DNA of 64,000 nt from Lama glama. Taxonomy: Eukaryota. Positions 38,326 through 52,599 of this stretch are shown here, in pieces. Every line of letters starts with the position of its first letter. The stretch's first letter is position 1. The stretch covers positions 24,492,001 through 24,556,000 of the forward strand of contig CM052816.1 of NCBI GenBank assembly GCA_028534125.1, written 5' to 3'. The translations under genes were made by a program, and so were the position numbers. The notes beneath the pieces were generated by a model, which worked only from the letters and a program-made list of their open reading frames with translations, did no database searches and was not told where the DNA came from.

Positions 38326-38889
38326 GTAAGTGTTGGCTTTCTAATGAGGATTTTAATTCCCACAGACATGCATGTGAAACCTAGAGATTGGGTTTTTTTC
38401 ATGGAGACGCCAGCCATGTTTATTTGGGTGTCCAAGTAAAAGGAAGGGTACAGTTATAAGTGGGTTACTCTTAGGGAGATAGCACATTTAATAGCGTAAT
38501 TTGGAAAAGGAGGTCATTTTTTCCTCTAAATGACCATAGCAGAATCATACCAAAAATATTTATCAGTTTCTCTCAGACCTGCTTGACAAATAAAAAAAGA
38601 AAACTTGCAGTTTTAATAGAACCAGTGAGTGCAGTACCTAGAGTGAATGTGGCATAAGAGACTTGGACCTGTTCTTTGATTTATATTTTCATGCATGTAT
38701 GACTGAAAAGGGTTGTAAGATGTAACTTTGTATGCTGCACTATGGCTCATTAAATAGGTTTTCTAAGATAATGTTGACTGTCATTTTTTGGCTGTTTTGC
38801 TGAATTTAGACTCTAGCCCTAGCAGAAAATGAGACTTGAATAGTTAATCTGTCACCTACTTTGCTACATGGGCACTGCTTTTAAAAAAG

Positions 38890-39975
38890 ACATTAATGGA
38901 CTATTAGAGCTAATAAACCAGGTCGGCAGGGTTGCAGGATACAAATCAGTGTGCAAAGATCACTTGGATTTCTGTAGATTAACAATGAACAATCTAAAAA
39001 TGAAAGTTAGAAAACCTTTTTGTTTACAGCAGCATCAAAAATTAAGTTCTTAGAAATAAATGTAAGAAAAGAAGTTCAAGTGTTTCATGCAGAGTACCAC
39101 AAAACATCATTGAAAGAAATTCTAAAAGACCTAAATAAGTGTAAAGACCTTCCATTTTCACTTTTTGGAAACAGTTTAATAGCCCAAGATCAGAACTGCC
39201 CAAGTGATCTGCAGATTGAATGCAATCCCTTTCAAATCTTGCTTGGCTTCCTTATAGAAATGATAAGCTGATCCTAAAATTCGTAAGAAGTGCAAAGGGC
39301 CCCAAATAGCCAAAACGATCTTGAAAAAGAAGAATAAAGTGAGACAGCTCATACTTCCCAATTTCAGAACTTATTACAAAGCTATAATTATCCAAACTAT
39401 GTGCTGGCATAAAGATGGAAGAATCAGTGCTCTAGAATTGAGAGTCCAGAAATGTACCCTTATGCTTGTGGTCAGGGGTGCCAAGACATGTCACTGGGGA
39501 AAAGCGGTCTTCAACAGATAGCGCTGGGACAACTAGATATCCAAATACAGGTGTATGAAGTTGGACCCCTCCCTACCGTATACACAAAAATTAGCTCAAA
39601 GTGTATCAAAGACCTAAATATAAGAGCTAGAATTATAAAACAGAACTCTTAGAAGACAATATAGGAATAGGTCTTCATGACCTTAGATTAGACAGTGGTT
39701 TCTTAGATATGACACCTAAAGCAGAAGCAACAGAAGAATCGATACGTTAAACGTTATCAGAATTAAAAGCTTTATTTCAAAGGACACCACCAAAATGAAG
39801 AACCACCTACAGAATGGGAGAAAATATTTGGAAATCTGTTTCTGATAAGGGTTTTGTATCTAGAATATATAAAGAACTCTTAAAATTCAGTAATATTAAA
39901 GACAGTCCAATTAAAAAATGGTCAAAGATAAAACAAATGGCTATTAAGTATGTGCAGTGGTGCTCAAGATCATTA
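38890..39975 (+). mobile_element. Old L1 ORF2 fragment
   Basis: Frame-broken L1 ORF2 peptides (LLELIN..VAGYK; LPNFRTYYKA; YTKISSK.IKDLNIR). Confidence 0.85.
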
Positions 39976-41069
39976 ACCCTGCTTCTCCCACTAGCAGATA
40001 AATAATCTTCCTTCCTTGCCCTTCTTACTCAAAGCTGTGATTTGTTGTTCTCTCATAAAGAGTACCATTCGTAGGATTATAATTTTAACATGATGTACCT
40101 GTCTGTCTTAAGTTCTAGGTGCTTTTCCTGGAAAGGGTTAGTGGTTTTGAATGTGGTTAGGGAGCACATAGAGAATTGGGAGGATATAGAAGGTATAGGT
40201 CCTGTCTCTTCTGCTACATATTATTTGAAGCCAAGCAGGGGGAGTTGGTGTTATGTGTAGATACTTCTATTTCTTTCTTTTTCTTTGCACTGAGCACAGT
40301 GCTCAGCCAACAAGCTGTCATTAAATCGACTGTTAGAGCTGAGACTAGAGCTGACGCAGCCCTCAGTGCCTTTGGGCAATGACAGCCACGTCTCCCCTTA
40401 TAATTTAATACCCACTTGATGCTTAACTGTTTCAGAGTGGTGGAGGGGAGACCATATTCTCCTGCTGTCACATATGTTCCTGATATCACAAATAAATAAA
40501 AGCTACTTACATAGACGCTGATTTTAAAGTGCAGTTCAGGCAAGATAAATTTATATTTAAAAGATCAGTAGTAAACACAGCTCTAAATTGAGGCAAACGA
40601 ATCTCAAACGTTTATGCTAGGGAGTATTAGAATGGCACTCCGCCTGCTGTGTACCTTTCCTGGAATGTAAGTTGGCAGTGTGTATCAGGAGCTCTGATAG
40701 TCACGCCTTTTGGCCCCAACCTAAGTAGACAATCAAGAGGTCGCTAATCAAAAACCAATATATTCAACACTAGAGAAGTAGCTAAATAAAAGTTTGCACA
40801 TCATTGATTTGGAATACCATGCACCGATTTAAAAAAAAGGTCTTAATAACTTAGGGAAAAGGTAGAAGTTATTAATCAGAAAACAAAACAGAATTAATTA
40901 GTATGATCTCAACTAAATATAAATCTATAGGAAATAGATTGGAAGGCACTATACCAATATACAAGGAGAGATTTCAGGGTTGCCTGTGGGCTGTAGCTTT
41001 TTGCCAGCTTGATTGTTTTTGCTTTTCTTGTGAAAAATAATTTTCTACAATAGACATTAATTTTTAAAC

Positions 41070-42050
41070 TTGTTTTGTGGTAAATATATGTATAACATCA
41101 AACTTAGCATTTTGTTTTATATAGATTATAAGCATCTCATTTTTAACTGCCGTTCGATGGCATTAAGTAGGTTTACATTGACGTTGTTGTGAAACGATCA
41201 CCACCATTCATTTCCAGAACTTTTTTATCTTCTCAACTCTCTACCTTTTAAAAACTAACTCCCTGTATCTTCCTTCTCCTAGCCCTTGGCAACCAGCATT
41301 TTACTTTCTGTCTCTCTGGATTTGACTATTCTAAGAACCTCATAAAGTAGAATCATACGGTAGTTGTCTTTTTGTGACTGGCTTATTTCACGTAGGAAAA
41401 TGTCTTCAAGCTTCACCCATGTTGTAGCATGTGTTAAACTTCCTCCCTTTTCAAGGCTGAAAAATATTCCATAATATTGGATATACCACTCTTTGTTTAC
41501 CCATGCATTTGTTAATAAGACACTTGGGGTGCTTCTACCTTTTAGCTGTTGTGAATAATGCTGCTACAAATACTGAAGTTCAAGTCCCTGCTTTCACTTT
41601 TGGCTTAAGTACTCGGGGGTGGAATTGATAGATCTTACGTAATTCTGTGTTTAGTTTCTTGGGAAATTGTTGCACAGCTTTCCACAGTGACTACACCCTT
41701 TTACACTAAGTGTTCGAAGTTTAGGGGGATATAATTTCAAACTGAGAGAAATTTTAAGACTAACAGGAGGAATTCCCATATACCCTTTAAAGAGATTCAC
41801 CAACTGCTTACATTTTGCCCCATTTTAAAAATCATTTTTTCTCTCTCAAGCAACATACACACATATATATACATATTTATTGTGAGGGCATAATATTTTT
41901 GAACCTTTTGAGAAAGTTGAAGACATTATGTTTCTTTACCACTAAATATGTTGGTGTATTTCCTAAGAACGAGGATATTCTGTCATATAACCATGATGCA
42001 ATTACTAAAATCAGGAAACTGGACATGAATGTAATGCTCATACTATGTTT
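41070..42050 (-). mobile_element. L1 3' fragments (two adjacent old copies)
   Basis: ttttgtgactggcttatttcac; gtgaataatgctgctacaaa; L1MC-like 3' UTR text from ~41730. Confidence 0.7.
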
Positions 42051-42214
42051 TCTGTCTTGAAAAAATTTTTTTATTGAGGTACATTTGACTTATGCTCATG
42101 CTATTATGTTTTATATCAGAGAGTAAAAGCAATTGGGATGAGCTGATTTGAGGCCATCTAGCTGTGTGCATTAAACACTGAAATAGGCATTAATTTGGGC
42201 TTATGTTTTTAAAG

Positions 42215-42256
42215 GGAGAAGTTTGTTGGAACTTGGAGGAAACAATGCCATCATAG
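42215..42256 (+). CDS. ALDH7A1: ALDH7A1 exon 10 (GRSLLELGGNNAII), catalytic Glu
   Basis: taaag| ... G|GTAAGG, 42 nt. Contains the ALDH LELGG motif. Confidence 0.96.
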   Translation, partial: GEVCWNLEETMPS

Positions 42257-42803
42257 GTAAGGCTGCCCTTTTTTTTTGTTTGTTTTCTGTTCGGAATCTC
42301 TTTAATAGCCATTCTGAATATTTAGAACTTGTGTAAGAACTCACGCCTTTGATGTTGTCTTTGAGATCCCATTCCTGTGGAACAGGACACAGTGGTTTGA
42401 AGCAGAGACAACTTGGAGGGAAAGGTGGTCATGTTTGGAAACTGTTACCTGGGGCTTAAAACTTGTGTATGAGACTTCCTAGTGTGGCATTGTTTCTTGT
42501 TTTTCCTTCTATTTTTTGAAAACTGGCCACGTGTTTAGAATAAATAACTCTTACACGACCTGCTAGTTCCAAAAATATTAGTTTGTCTTTAGTAGAGTAT
42601 TGAGTACTTTTATATTGGAAAACAACACTTCCTTAAGGCATTTTATCATTTACCTATAGTCTTGGAGATTATTTCGTTCTCTTTTTCAATTGTTTGGCAC
42701 AAAAGGAAATAGTCTACCAGCAAAACTTCTGGATAATATAGTGAACACCAGTAGGTTGAGACTTCATAGAATTGTGGATTTTGTAGTAAAACAGAAAAAC
42801 TTG

Positions 42804-42972
42804 GTGGGGGGAGGGTGTAGCTCAAGTGGTAGAGCTCATGCTTAGCATACACAAGATCCTGGGTTTAATCCCCAGTACTTCTTCTAAAAATAAATAAGTA
42901 AAACTAACTACCCCCCCCCCAAATAAAATAAATTAATTAAATTTAAATTTTTTTTTAAATTAAAAAAAAGGA
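42804..42972 (+). mobile_element. tRNA-derived SINE (Vic-1-like)
   Basis: GTAGCTCAAGTGGTAGAGC head, C-run and A-rich tail. TSD AAAAACTTG (42795-42803 / 42973-42981). Confidence 0.85.
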
Positions 42973-44294
42973 AAAAACTTGTTAGTTGTATATTGCCATC
43001 AGTATCACCAGAAATTTTAAGAGTGCATAATGAAGGGTTTGTTTTGGATGAACTTCTAATCTTGTGGAAGAGAGAGTTGATTTAAAAAATACACTTCATA
43101 TTTACTGATCAGTGGGTAATTACCAGGTACTGTGCTCAGCTGTTTTATAGGCAGTGTATCCCCACAAAAATCCCATGAAGCAGATAACATTAATAATCTC
43201 ATTTAAAGGTTACACTCTGAAGTTTAAAATGATATGGACCTGAAGTGACAGGCTAGCGAGTGACAGAGCCGGCATTTGCATCCTGGTCATCAGACCACAG
43301 AGCACAGCTCTTTCCCTGACTCCTTACTGCCATCCATTAATACCCCCAGATATTATCCCATTTTACGGATAAGAAAACTTGAGGCTTAAGAAGGTAAAAT
43401 AACACAACTAAAAAGTGGTGGGGATGGATAAGAACCCTAGTCTGTTGTACAAACCACCTTCTTAACCATCATACTGGTCTGAGAATGCTGTTAGATTAAA
43501 CAGGGGAAAATGGAAGATGTAAGAGGGAACTGGGACTGTATGCTTCTGGAAGGGATAGGAAACATTAGAACTCATACAGTGGATCAGTGGAAAGGTTAAC
43601 CTTGTAAACACTGTGGGCAGAAGAGGGGAAAGAAGGAATAGACCAAAGTAGAGAGGAATCTGAAAGCGATGTTTGCATTGATCTCTTCATAACTGCAGAG
43701 GAAGCAGAACAGGGCCTTATGTGTGATCACTTTGAGATTTTTCCACAAAGTAGAGGATGAGGTCATCTGGTGCAGTAGTAAAGAGCTTGAAGGGTTTCAG
43801 AGATTGGAAGAAGCTTCTGGAGAGGGGGCAGCAGGAGGCATTGAAGGGAATGGATTGTGCAGGTGAGGGTGTTGATGTTGTTAGAGAGCTTGGCTTGATG
43901 GCAGTGATAAATCAGAAGGGTCCCATTGCTCTCTGTGGGCCCCAGGAAGCTGCCGTCTAAATGGGCCATGGGGTTGAGGTGGAAAGCAAGTGAAACTGCC
44001 AGAGACATGGTGGTCTTCGAGAAGAGACCACAGGAGGGTGCAGCGGAAGCTTAGTGAGTATCAGACACTTGGAGACAGGAAAGAAGAGGAGGCCAGAGGA
44101 GGGAGAGCTCATTGCTCTGTTCTCATCATTTCCCCTGGGAGAAGAGTTGCCTCTGCGGTGTGAACCTGCTTATTTTACAGGATACGTCTGATGTTCTCTC
44201 GCTGCACTTGCCAAAGGCGTCGTCTTAGAGCAGTTAGAAGGGTGCCTTGTCTGCCTACTTCATGACACTGATGAGTGTGTTTGTGCTTCCCTAA

Positions 44295-44693
<399 letters not shown>

Positions 44694-45735
44694 TAGAATA
44701 AAACAAGCTAAAAATTTGAAAAATTCAAAACAATTAGCTACTGGATAGGCAGTCTTGGCTTTTTTCTAAAACCATTTTAAGTAGTAAAATATTTTAAAAT
44801 TTTTGATTTTTGGTTTATAAGTCAAGTCTTAATTTGACTTGATGTGACATGATTTATTGAAAAGTAAATGTATGTGTGTTCTCTCTATAAATGTATAGTC
44901 CGTACCCATATACAGAGGATGTGTTAATATTGAATGCATATGATGAGAGTGATTTAGCATCAGCGTTTGGGGTTTGGGATGTTTAGTCTCCACATTTAGA
45001 TTTGAGCTGGATTTTAGTTTTTGTGTGGGATACAACCTTGACTCTCATGTCTCTTATGCTACTGGAAAACTATGTGAACTACAAACAAGTTTTGATAAAA
45101 AATTTGGCTATGTTTGCCTTTTTAAAAATTATTATTGTTGAGTTTTCCTCCTGTAATTAAAAACACATTTTACAATTGAATTATAGAGGAATTGTCTTTG
45201 GGTTTTTCCTGTCACCCACAATGAGTAAGAACAAATTTTTACTATGGTTGACATAGTCTAAATTAATTAGAATAAGGTAAGTGGTAAAGGGAAGTTGTCT
45301 TTAATTTGCACATAACTTTTCACATTCACATTTTCCTATATTTTACAATGAATGAACATCAGTCTTTCCTTTGTTCTATCAGTTGAACCTCAAAAAAAAA
45401 ATCTAAGTTACAGGCTCCATAAAGTATTTATAATTTATTAAATTTGTTCACCTTAACATTTATTCCATTAATGCTAAAAAGGAAACGGGGTACTCCAAAA
45501 GATTATAATCTTAATTGCATGGTAAACTATGAAATGACATAAAAATCAAACATTTCTTTATTTGGTCAACTTTTATTTTTCCTTTGTGTCCTGGAACAAA
45601 TACACATAGCCATGCTTTGTATTTAGTGTTCAGTATTAGGGGATACTATTAGTCATGGCCCAGATCAGTTTCTGCAGGGACAGTAGTGTTATAGGGGGAA
45701 ACCCATTCTGGTGCTACGGACTTTTCCGTGATTGG

Positions 45736-45883
45736 TAGTTGGCCCTCCGTATCCATGGTTCTTCCAATGTCAGCAGGTTCAGCCAACTGGGAACTGTGTA
45801 GTACTGCAGCATTTACTCTTCAGAAATATTTTTATACAGGTAGACCCATGTAGTTCAGACCTATGTTGTTCAAGGGTCAACTG
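45736..45883. mobile_element. Tigger2/MER8-like TcMar MITE
   Basis: Terminal inverted repeats TAGTTGGCCCT ... AGGGTCAACTG, followed by TA. Confidence 0.7.
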
Positions 45884-45997
45884 TATAAATCAGTACTATT
45901 AAGAAAAATTGTACATTGTTAATTTTGTATGTTTATATGTAGTATTTATAGTACATTTATATGCAGTAATCCCTTGAATGTTTGTTTTTTCATTTAG

Positions 45998-46082
45998 TTT
46001 TTACAAGAAAGCATCCATGATGAAGTTGTTAATAGACTTAAAAAGGCCTACGCACAGATCCGTGTCGGGAACCCATGGGACT
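45998..46082 (+). CDS. ALDH7A1: ALDH7A1 exon 12 ([28 protein letters not shown])
   Basis: tttag| ... T|GTGAGT, 85 nt. Confidence 0.96.
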
Positions 46083-46867
46083 GTGAGTATCTGGTTGATT
46101 TCAGAGATGTTCCCTTTTGACAGCTGGTGTTACAAGTGTTTCTGATTTTCTGCTTCTGTTTTTCTCCCCTTTACTGAGAGGCCAGAAGGAATAAAGCAGG
46201 TTATTGGGCATCTGGGGAGTCATGTCTACTGTTAGATTAGGATATGAGTGCTTGATGTGGGCTAGTGGGTGAGCCTGGGGGACGGTGTTGAGATGGGATG
46301 GGTTTGACGAGCTTTTCCCCTCGTCCAAGCACCACCATCTTGCCCCAGGCAAGGCTGCAGGAGTCGCCTGCCTGACTTCTGCTTCCACTTCCTTCCACTC
46401 ACTTCTGCCTTTCACAGTAACCAAAATGTAATTTGATAATTCACTCTCCTGTTTAAAGCACTCCAGTGACTTCTCATTGCTCTTCAGTTAAAACCTGGAT
46501 TTTTCCTGAGACCCTTAGCAAATGCACAATCTTCCATGATCTGACCTCGGCTGCCTCCTCAACCACCTACCGTCTGTGTACCATTTGCCCTGTTGCTCCC
46601 TGAGCATGCCAGCTTCTCCAGCCTTCTTTCGGTGCTTGAGCGTTCCAGGCTCTGCCCTGCTGGAAATGCTCTTTGTCCAGCAGTTCCCACCTTGTCACTG
46701 AGGCCTACCTATGTTCCTTCTTCCTCTGTCCCTTTTCATGCTCTGGCTTCTGGCCGCCACAGAGGGCAACCTTATCTTCCGCCCCTTAAATTGCACTGAC
46801 TGCTGAGCCTGTGAAGTCTTGGTGAATGAGCACCGCTGTAATGATAAGCAGGGCCTATGTTTTTACT

Positions 46868-47082
46868 GCAGTGTTCTGATGAATTGCTGGCCCTTTCCCT
46901 GGATTTGGCCCTCCCTGTTTCTGTATCAGGACACAGCAACACCACCTTTTTTGTGTCTTCTGTGGCTGCTTTTATACCACATTGGCAGATATGAGTGGTC
47001 ATGGCAGAGACCACATATGTTGTGCAAAGCATTAAATATTTCCTATCTGGCTCTTTGCAGGGAAAGGGTGCTGACTTCTCTA
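46868..47082. mobile_element. MER58-like hAT fossil
   Basis: ctgtggctgctttt...gcagagaccacat...aaatatttcctatctggctctttgcag. Confidence 0.6.
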
Positions 47083-47189
47083 AACATAAGAGGATATATG
47101 AGGGACTGGTCTGTTCATTGGGAAAGCTGTTATAGTCATAAAATGATGCCGTTTATGGTGAAGTGAAGAGCATTCCTTTTTCTCTCCAG

Positions 47190-47296
47190 CTAATGTTCTC
47201 TATGGGCCGCTCCACACCAAACAGGCAGTGAGCATGTTTCTTGGAGCAGTGGAGGAAGCAAAGAAAGAAGGTGGCACAGTGGTCTATGGTGGCAAG
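47190..47296 (+). CDS. ALDH7A1: ALDH7A1 exon 13 ([36 protein letters not shown])
   Basis: tccag| ... AAG|GTAATG, 107 nt. Confidence 0.96.
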
Positions 47297-47681
47297 GTAA
47301 TGTCAACTCGAGATGGGGAGTGACAGCTTTTACTTTCCCTTTCACACAAGCAGGGCTCTGGGTAAATTGGTGAAGGGTCCCCAACTGTCATTTTGATTTC
47401 CTCCATCCCTTTTATAATGGGAAAGTACATGTTTTAAAGAATGGCAACATAAAATGCCTGGAACATTACTGAAGGACACACACTGAAAGTCTAGTTGCCT
47501 TTGTATTCAGTCACTGGGAATTTGAATGGAAGGGAAACCTCCTTTTCATGGTCAGTAGAAGACTGTATTTAGGGCAATTTAAAAAATCCGTATTTAGTTA
47601 TGATTTATTAAAGTCATCTAAGGCAGAGAATCAAAAAAATATATACCCCAAACATTGTAATTTAACACATATTACTATTAT

Positions 47682-48132
47682 TGATGAAAATTAATCTGTC
47701 TATCTAAGAAAGAAATGGAAAATTTTATTCGAGTCACATTTGAGGATTATAACGTGGGAACAGCATCTCAGAAGGCTCTGAGAACCATTCCATCTGTTGG
47801 GAGTCAAGGCACAGTTTTATAAGTTTTTTGAGACAGAGGGCTGTGCATTAAATGACAAATTATTGATAGGTTACACAATCCAGATCTAAGAGTCATCATG
47901 GCCTCTTGAAGATCAAGAAGGAATGTTATCTTCTAAGGAGTTGTCTTGTTGATGGTAGGAGAGTGTTGCTTTTTATGGTTGAGCGGGTGTTCTGCCCACA
48001 GGGGAGGTTTGGTCGATGGGTGATGCAGACACACAACGCACAGTGAAGGGGAGAGAGGAGGCCAAAGGGCGGAGAGATTTTTTTTGTTTAAATTTTTCTT
48101 GTCTTGCCATAAAATATGGATTTTATTTCACA
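47682..48132 (-). mobile_element. Solo LTR, MER41-like ERV1
   Basis: TG...CA ends with near-TSD TTAT/CTAT. AATAAA on the minus strand (~47724-47729). gaggattataac..gggaa..gcatctcagaa.gctctgagaa resembles MER41-group LTRs. Confidence 0.6.
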
Positions 48133-48702
48133 CTATATTTGTTTGAATCTTCAGATGTTGTTCCAAGGTGTTTTCTTCATGTATAGTAGGAACTTATCTT
48201 CATCCTTGAATAAGCTATGCTTGTAATTTATTATCTACATTTTATTTTCACTTTCTTTAAAAATCGCTGAGAACTGAGTCTCTTGCAAAGCTCTTTGAGG
48301 GCAGAATCCTTCTCCCTTGTCTCTTAACATTGACACACCCACATCTCATTGGATAGAGTTGTATATGCGTATTTGTATTTCTTGTTACTTACACTGAGTT
48401 TTTTTTTAAGTATTTAACGTAATCTTCAGAAGTAGCTCTTTGTGTAATATTTACTTATTTACATAATACAATACGGTATTATAATAAGTACAGATGACTC
48501 TTGGTAAATATTACAGCTCAGAGGGTGGGAGCAGGATTTCACAGCATGCTGGAGAGTTGACCGCCAGCTAAGCAGCTTGCGGCAGGCAGGCGGCAGAATA
48601 TTTTATAGAAGGAAAAGTGCGTGTTAGTTAAGTGGAGGTGAACTAGTAATTTGGTTATGTGGAGGTTAGTTAGAAGTGTGGAGCTTTTGATTTCTATATT
48701 AA

Positions 48703-49121
48703 TGCATATTAGTTTGCTAGAGCTGTCATAACAAAATATCACAGACTGGGTGGCTTAAACAACAGAAATTTATTGTCTCACTGTTTGGAGCCTGAGTCAG
48801 AAATCAGGGTGCTGGCGGTGTTGGTTCCTGGTGAGACATCTCTCCCTGGCTTGCAGACGACCACCTTCTGTTAGTGTTCTGACATGGTCTTTCCTTCCTG
48901 CACAGAGAGCCCCAGTGTCTCTTTCTCTTCTAGTGAAGACATGGGTTCTGTCTGATAGGGCACTACCCACATGACCTCGTTTAACTTTGATCACCTCCTT
49001 AAAGGTTCTGTCTCCAAACTGAGTCATACGGGATAGGGTGGGAGGGGTGGCAGTGTGTTAAGGCTTCAGTATATAAATCTGGTGGGGGAGGAGTGGTCTG
49101 GGCACAATACAGTCTGTAACG
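48703..49121. mobile_element. MLT1 (MaLR) solo LTR
   Basis: tattagtttgctag..ataacaaaatatcacagactgggtggcttaaacaacagaaatttatt. Confidence 0.8.
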
Positions 49122-49392
49122 CAGTAAGTATAGATTACCTCTTTTTAAATTATGTAAATTTAAAAATAACTGCCTGTAACAGTGTTTTTTCAGTGTAACT
49201 TGGTCATAAGCCATGACACAGATCTCTATCCTTGTCTCCTTATTTCAGCTTTTTTCTGAGCAACTAAGTTAGAACCAATAGGAGGCAGAGAAAATTTTCA
49301 CTGATGTTGGGAAGTTATTTTTTAGAAATAGTTCACTTGTAAATGGTGTTTATTTGTTTCTCGAAGGTATAGGCAGAGATTGTATCCTCTGA

Positions 49393-49596
<204 letters not shown>

Positions 49597-50659
49597 TAGT
49601 TTAATGTTGAAGCAAATGAGAGGACTAGGAGAAAATGAAGATGTATTAAATTTCACTCAATTAGCCATTAAGGAGGTATGAGAAAGTCACTCGGGTTAGT
49701 AGAGATTTTTGAAGGTTAAGGAAAAACGATCATGAGATGAACACTTTAAACAGTAGAGCCTGTCAAGCCAGCTGCCAGGGGAATTGAGACAAGCAGAGAG
49801 CCAGCATTGGAATTTATGGTGGGTGTGGCCTTCATCCCCTGTGTCACATGATGCTGAGCTGTGTGGGCTATGAAGTCAGCTTCTTCACAAAAGGAATCAG
49901 ATAGTTTGATAGTCTGAGTGCTCAGTAGCAGTGCAGAAAATGAGGAGATACAGGGGCAATCAACAGACCTACAGTTACAACCTGTCAGAGGACAGGCTGC
50001 GGAGGTTTTAACAGATAAAGGTACCTAGAGGGTCTCCCCCCCAGCATGTGACAGGCCCTTGTCATTACCAGCAGATACTTAGAGATTGAATCAAGGCCTG
50101 ACTGCACCATGATTAACAGTTAAGAGATAATGAGACTTAAAAACACCTTGTTGCAATTATATGATTACATTGATTAAAATCTTGCTTTAAATTGTCTATC
50201 ATTGTTTTACATGTGACTAGAGAATATAATTTCATGTTTTGCGATGTGTCTGTGTGTTTGACTGAGTTCCTGAGCAGAATATTTAGCCTCTCTTACCTAA
50301 TCTGTCAAACAGGGATAATGTAGAACCCTTGTCATTGGGTGAGGATTAAATAACTAAATGCAGACTAAGTGTCTAGGTCAGTGTGCTGGACATAGTAAGA
50401 GCTCAGTAGATAGTAGCTCTTACAAGTAGTGGCCTGAATGGAAGAATGGACTCAGATGTTTTTCTCAAAGTTCACATAAGGGGAAAATCCCACAAAGCAC
50501 TGTGTAAGAGAAACATAGAATTAGGAAGCTGTTCACTCTTTAGTTTCCTTTTGTGCACTGAAATCATACTGCTAAGTCTCACAAAATGAGTTTACCTTCA
50601 GTGAACTTGGACCTGAACACTGTGTATCATCTAACAGCTTCCAATGTCTGTCCTTTTAG

Positions 50660-50809
<150 letters not shown>

Positions 50810-50875
50810 TGAACTTTAAAAAAGAAAATGAAACCACTTAGGTGAAAATCTGTTTTTCAACATTGAGAGTCCTAG

Positions 50876-51046
<171 letters not shown>

Positions 51047-51064
51047 TAGAGAATTGCTTCTCCT

Positions 51065-51129
51065 TTCCCACGTTGGGCGGTGTATTAGTCTGCTAGATTC
51101 CCACGTTGGGCGGTGTATTAGTCTGCTAG
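51065..51129. repeat. Perfect tandem duplication of 32 bp (period 33)
   Basis: TTCCCACGTTGGGCGGTGTATTAGTCTGCTAG at 51065-51096 and 51098-51129. Confidence 0.95.
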
Positions 51130-51525
51130 GTATATGGTCTATTAGGGTTGCTGCAACAACATACCAGTGGCTTAAACAACAGAAATGTATTATCTCCCAG
51201 TTACGGAGGCTGGAAGTCCAAGATCAAGGTGTTGGCAGGTTTGGTTCCTCCTGAGGCTTCTGTTCCTGCCTTGTAAGTGGCTGCCTTCCTCCCACGTCCT
51301 CATATGGCCTTCTCTCTGGGCACATACACCCCTGGTGTCTCTTTTTCTTCTTACAAGGACATTAGTCCTGTTGGTTTAAAACCCTACCCTAATGACTTCA
51401 TTTAACCTTAATTACCTCCTTAAAGGCCCTGTTGCCAAGTATAGCCACATTCTAAGGTATTTGGAGGTTAGGCCTTCAACCTATGAAATTGTGGGCAGGG
51501 AGGACACACAATTTAGTCCATAACA
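51081..51525. mobile_element. MLT1 (MaLR) solo LTR
   Basis: TGTATTAG...ATAACA ends; tggcttaaacaacagaaatgtatt..ggaggctggaagtccaagatcaagg; 5-bp TSD GGCGG/GGCAG. Confidence 0.85.
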
Positions 51526-52059
51526 GGCAGCAAAGAAAAAGTAGTAGTAGCTTTTAGAAAACTTGGACCAAGAAATGAAATAATATTTCATTATTATATA
51601 ATATCTGGTCTAACATGCGTGAGAGAGCTTGTGCTCCGTATTCAGAGTCACTGTCCAAGGTCCTCTGTTTCATTCTCAGATGCAGCGTCATGTTAGAGCA
51701 GGGCCCCCAACCTGAGATATGTGAACCCCTGAAATGGGGGCATGTTTTCTTGGGAGAGGATCCAAGACCCAAAAAGAGCTTAAGAGCCCCTGCTTTAAAG
51801 CCAGAAAATTTCACATGAAAAATTTGCAAAGTGGGTTTAGTAAATATTATACATTATCATTTGTCTTAGAAAAAAATGCCAGGTTGTTTTCATTAGGCCT
51901 TGTTCCTCTTTTAATAAGCGTTGAGCTTTTAATGCTTCAACTCAATACTAACAGTATTTTTTTTTTTTTACAAAAGCTTTTGCCAACAATCATGTATTAA
52001 CTTTTACTTATTAAAAATAATCCCAAACACTGAAAAAAACAGAAAGCAATGATGTAAAA

Positions 52060-52599
52060 AGATGCACTCCATTGTTCACAGCAGCATTATTTACAGTTCT
52101 CAAGATAAGGAAGCAACCTAAGTGTCCATCAACAAATGAAAGGATAAAGATGATGTACATGTATACAATGGAATATTACTTAGCCATAAAAAAGAATGAA
52201 AACCTCCCATTTGCAACAGGATGGGTAGAATTGGAGGGTATTATGCTAAGTGCAATAAATCAGAAAGACAAATACTGTGTGATATCACTTACATGTGGAA
52301 TCTAAAAAGTAAAACAAACTAGTGAATATTAACAAAAAGGAAACAGACTCCCAGGTACAGAAAACGAATTAGTGGTTATTTTAGGAGAGAGGGAAGAGGG
52401 GAGAGGCAAGGTGGGGTATGGGGTTGAGAGATACAAACTATTATGTATAAAATAAACAAGCTACGAGGATATACAACACAGGGCATATGGCCAATAATTT
52501 ATAATGACTATAAATGGAGTATAACCTTTAAACAGTGTGGATCATTATATTGTATGCCTGTAACTTGTAATATTGTACATAATCTATACCTCAAAAAAA
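52060..52599 (+). mobile_element. L1 3' fragment (ORF2 end, 3' UTR, A tail)
   Basis: ORF 52072-52305 FTAALFT..KQPKCPS..MEYY.AIKKNE resembles the L1 ORF2 C-terminus. Confidence 0.88.
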
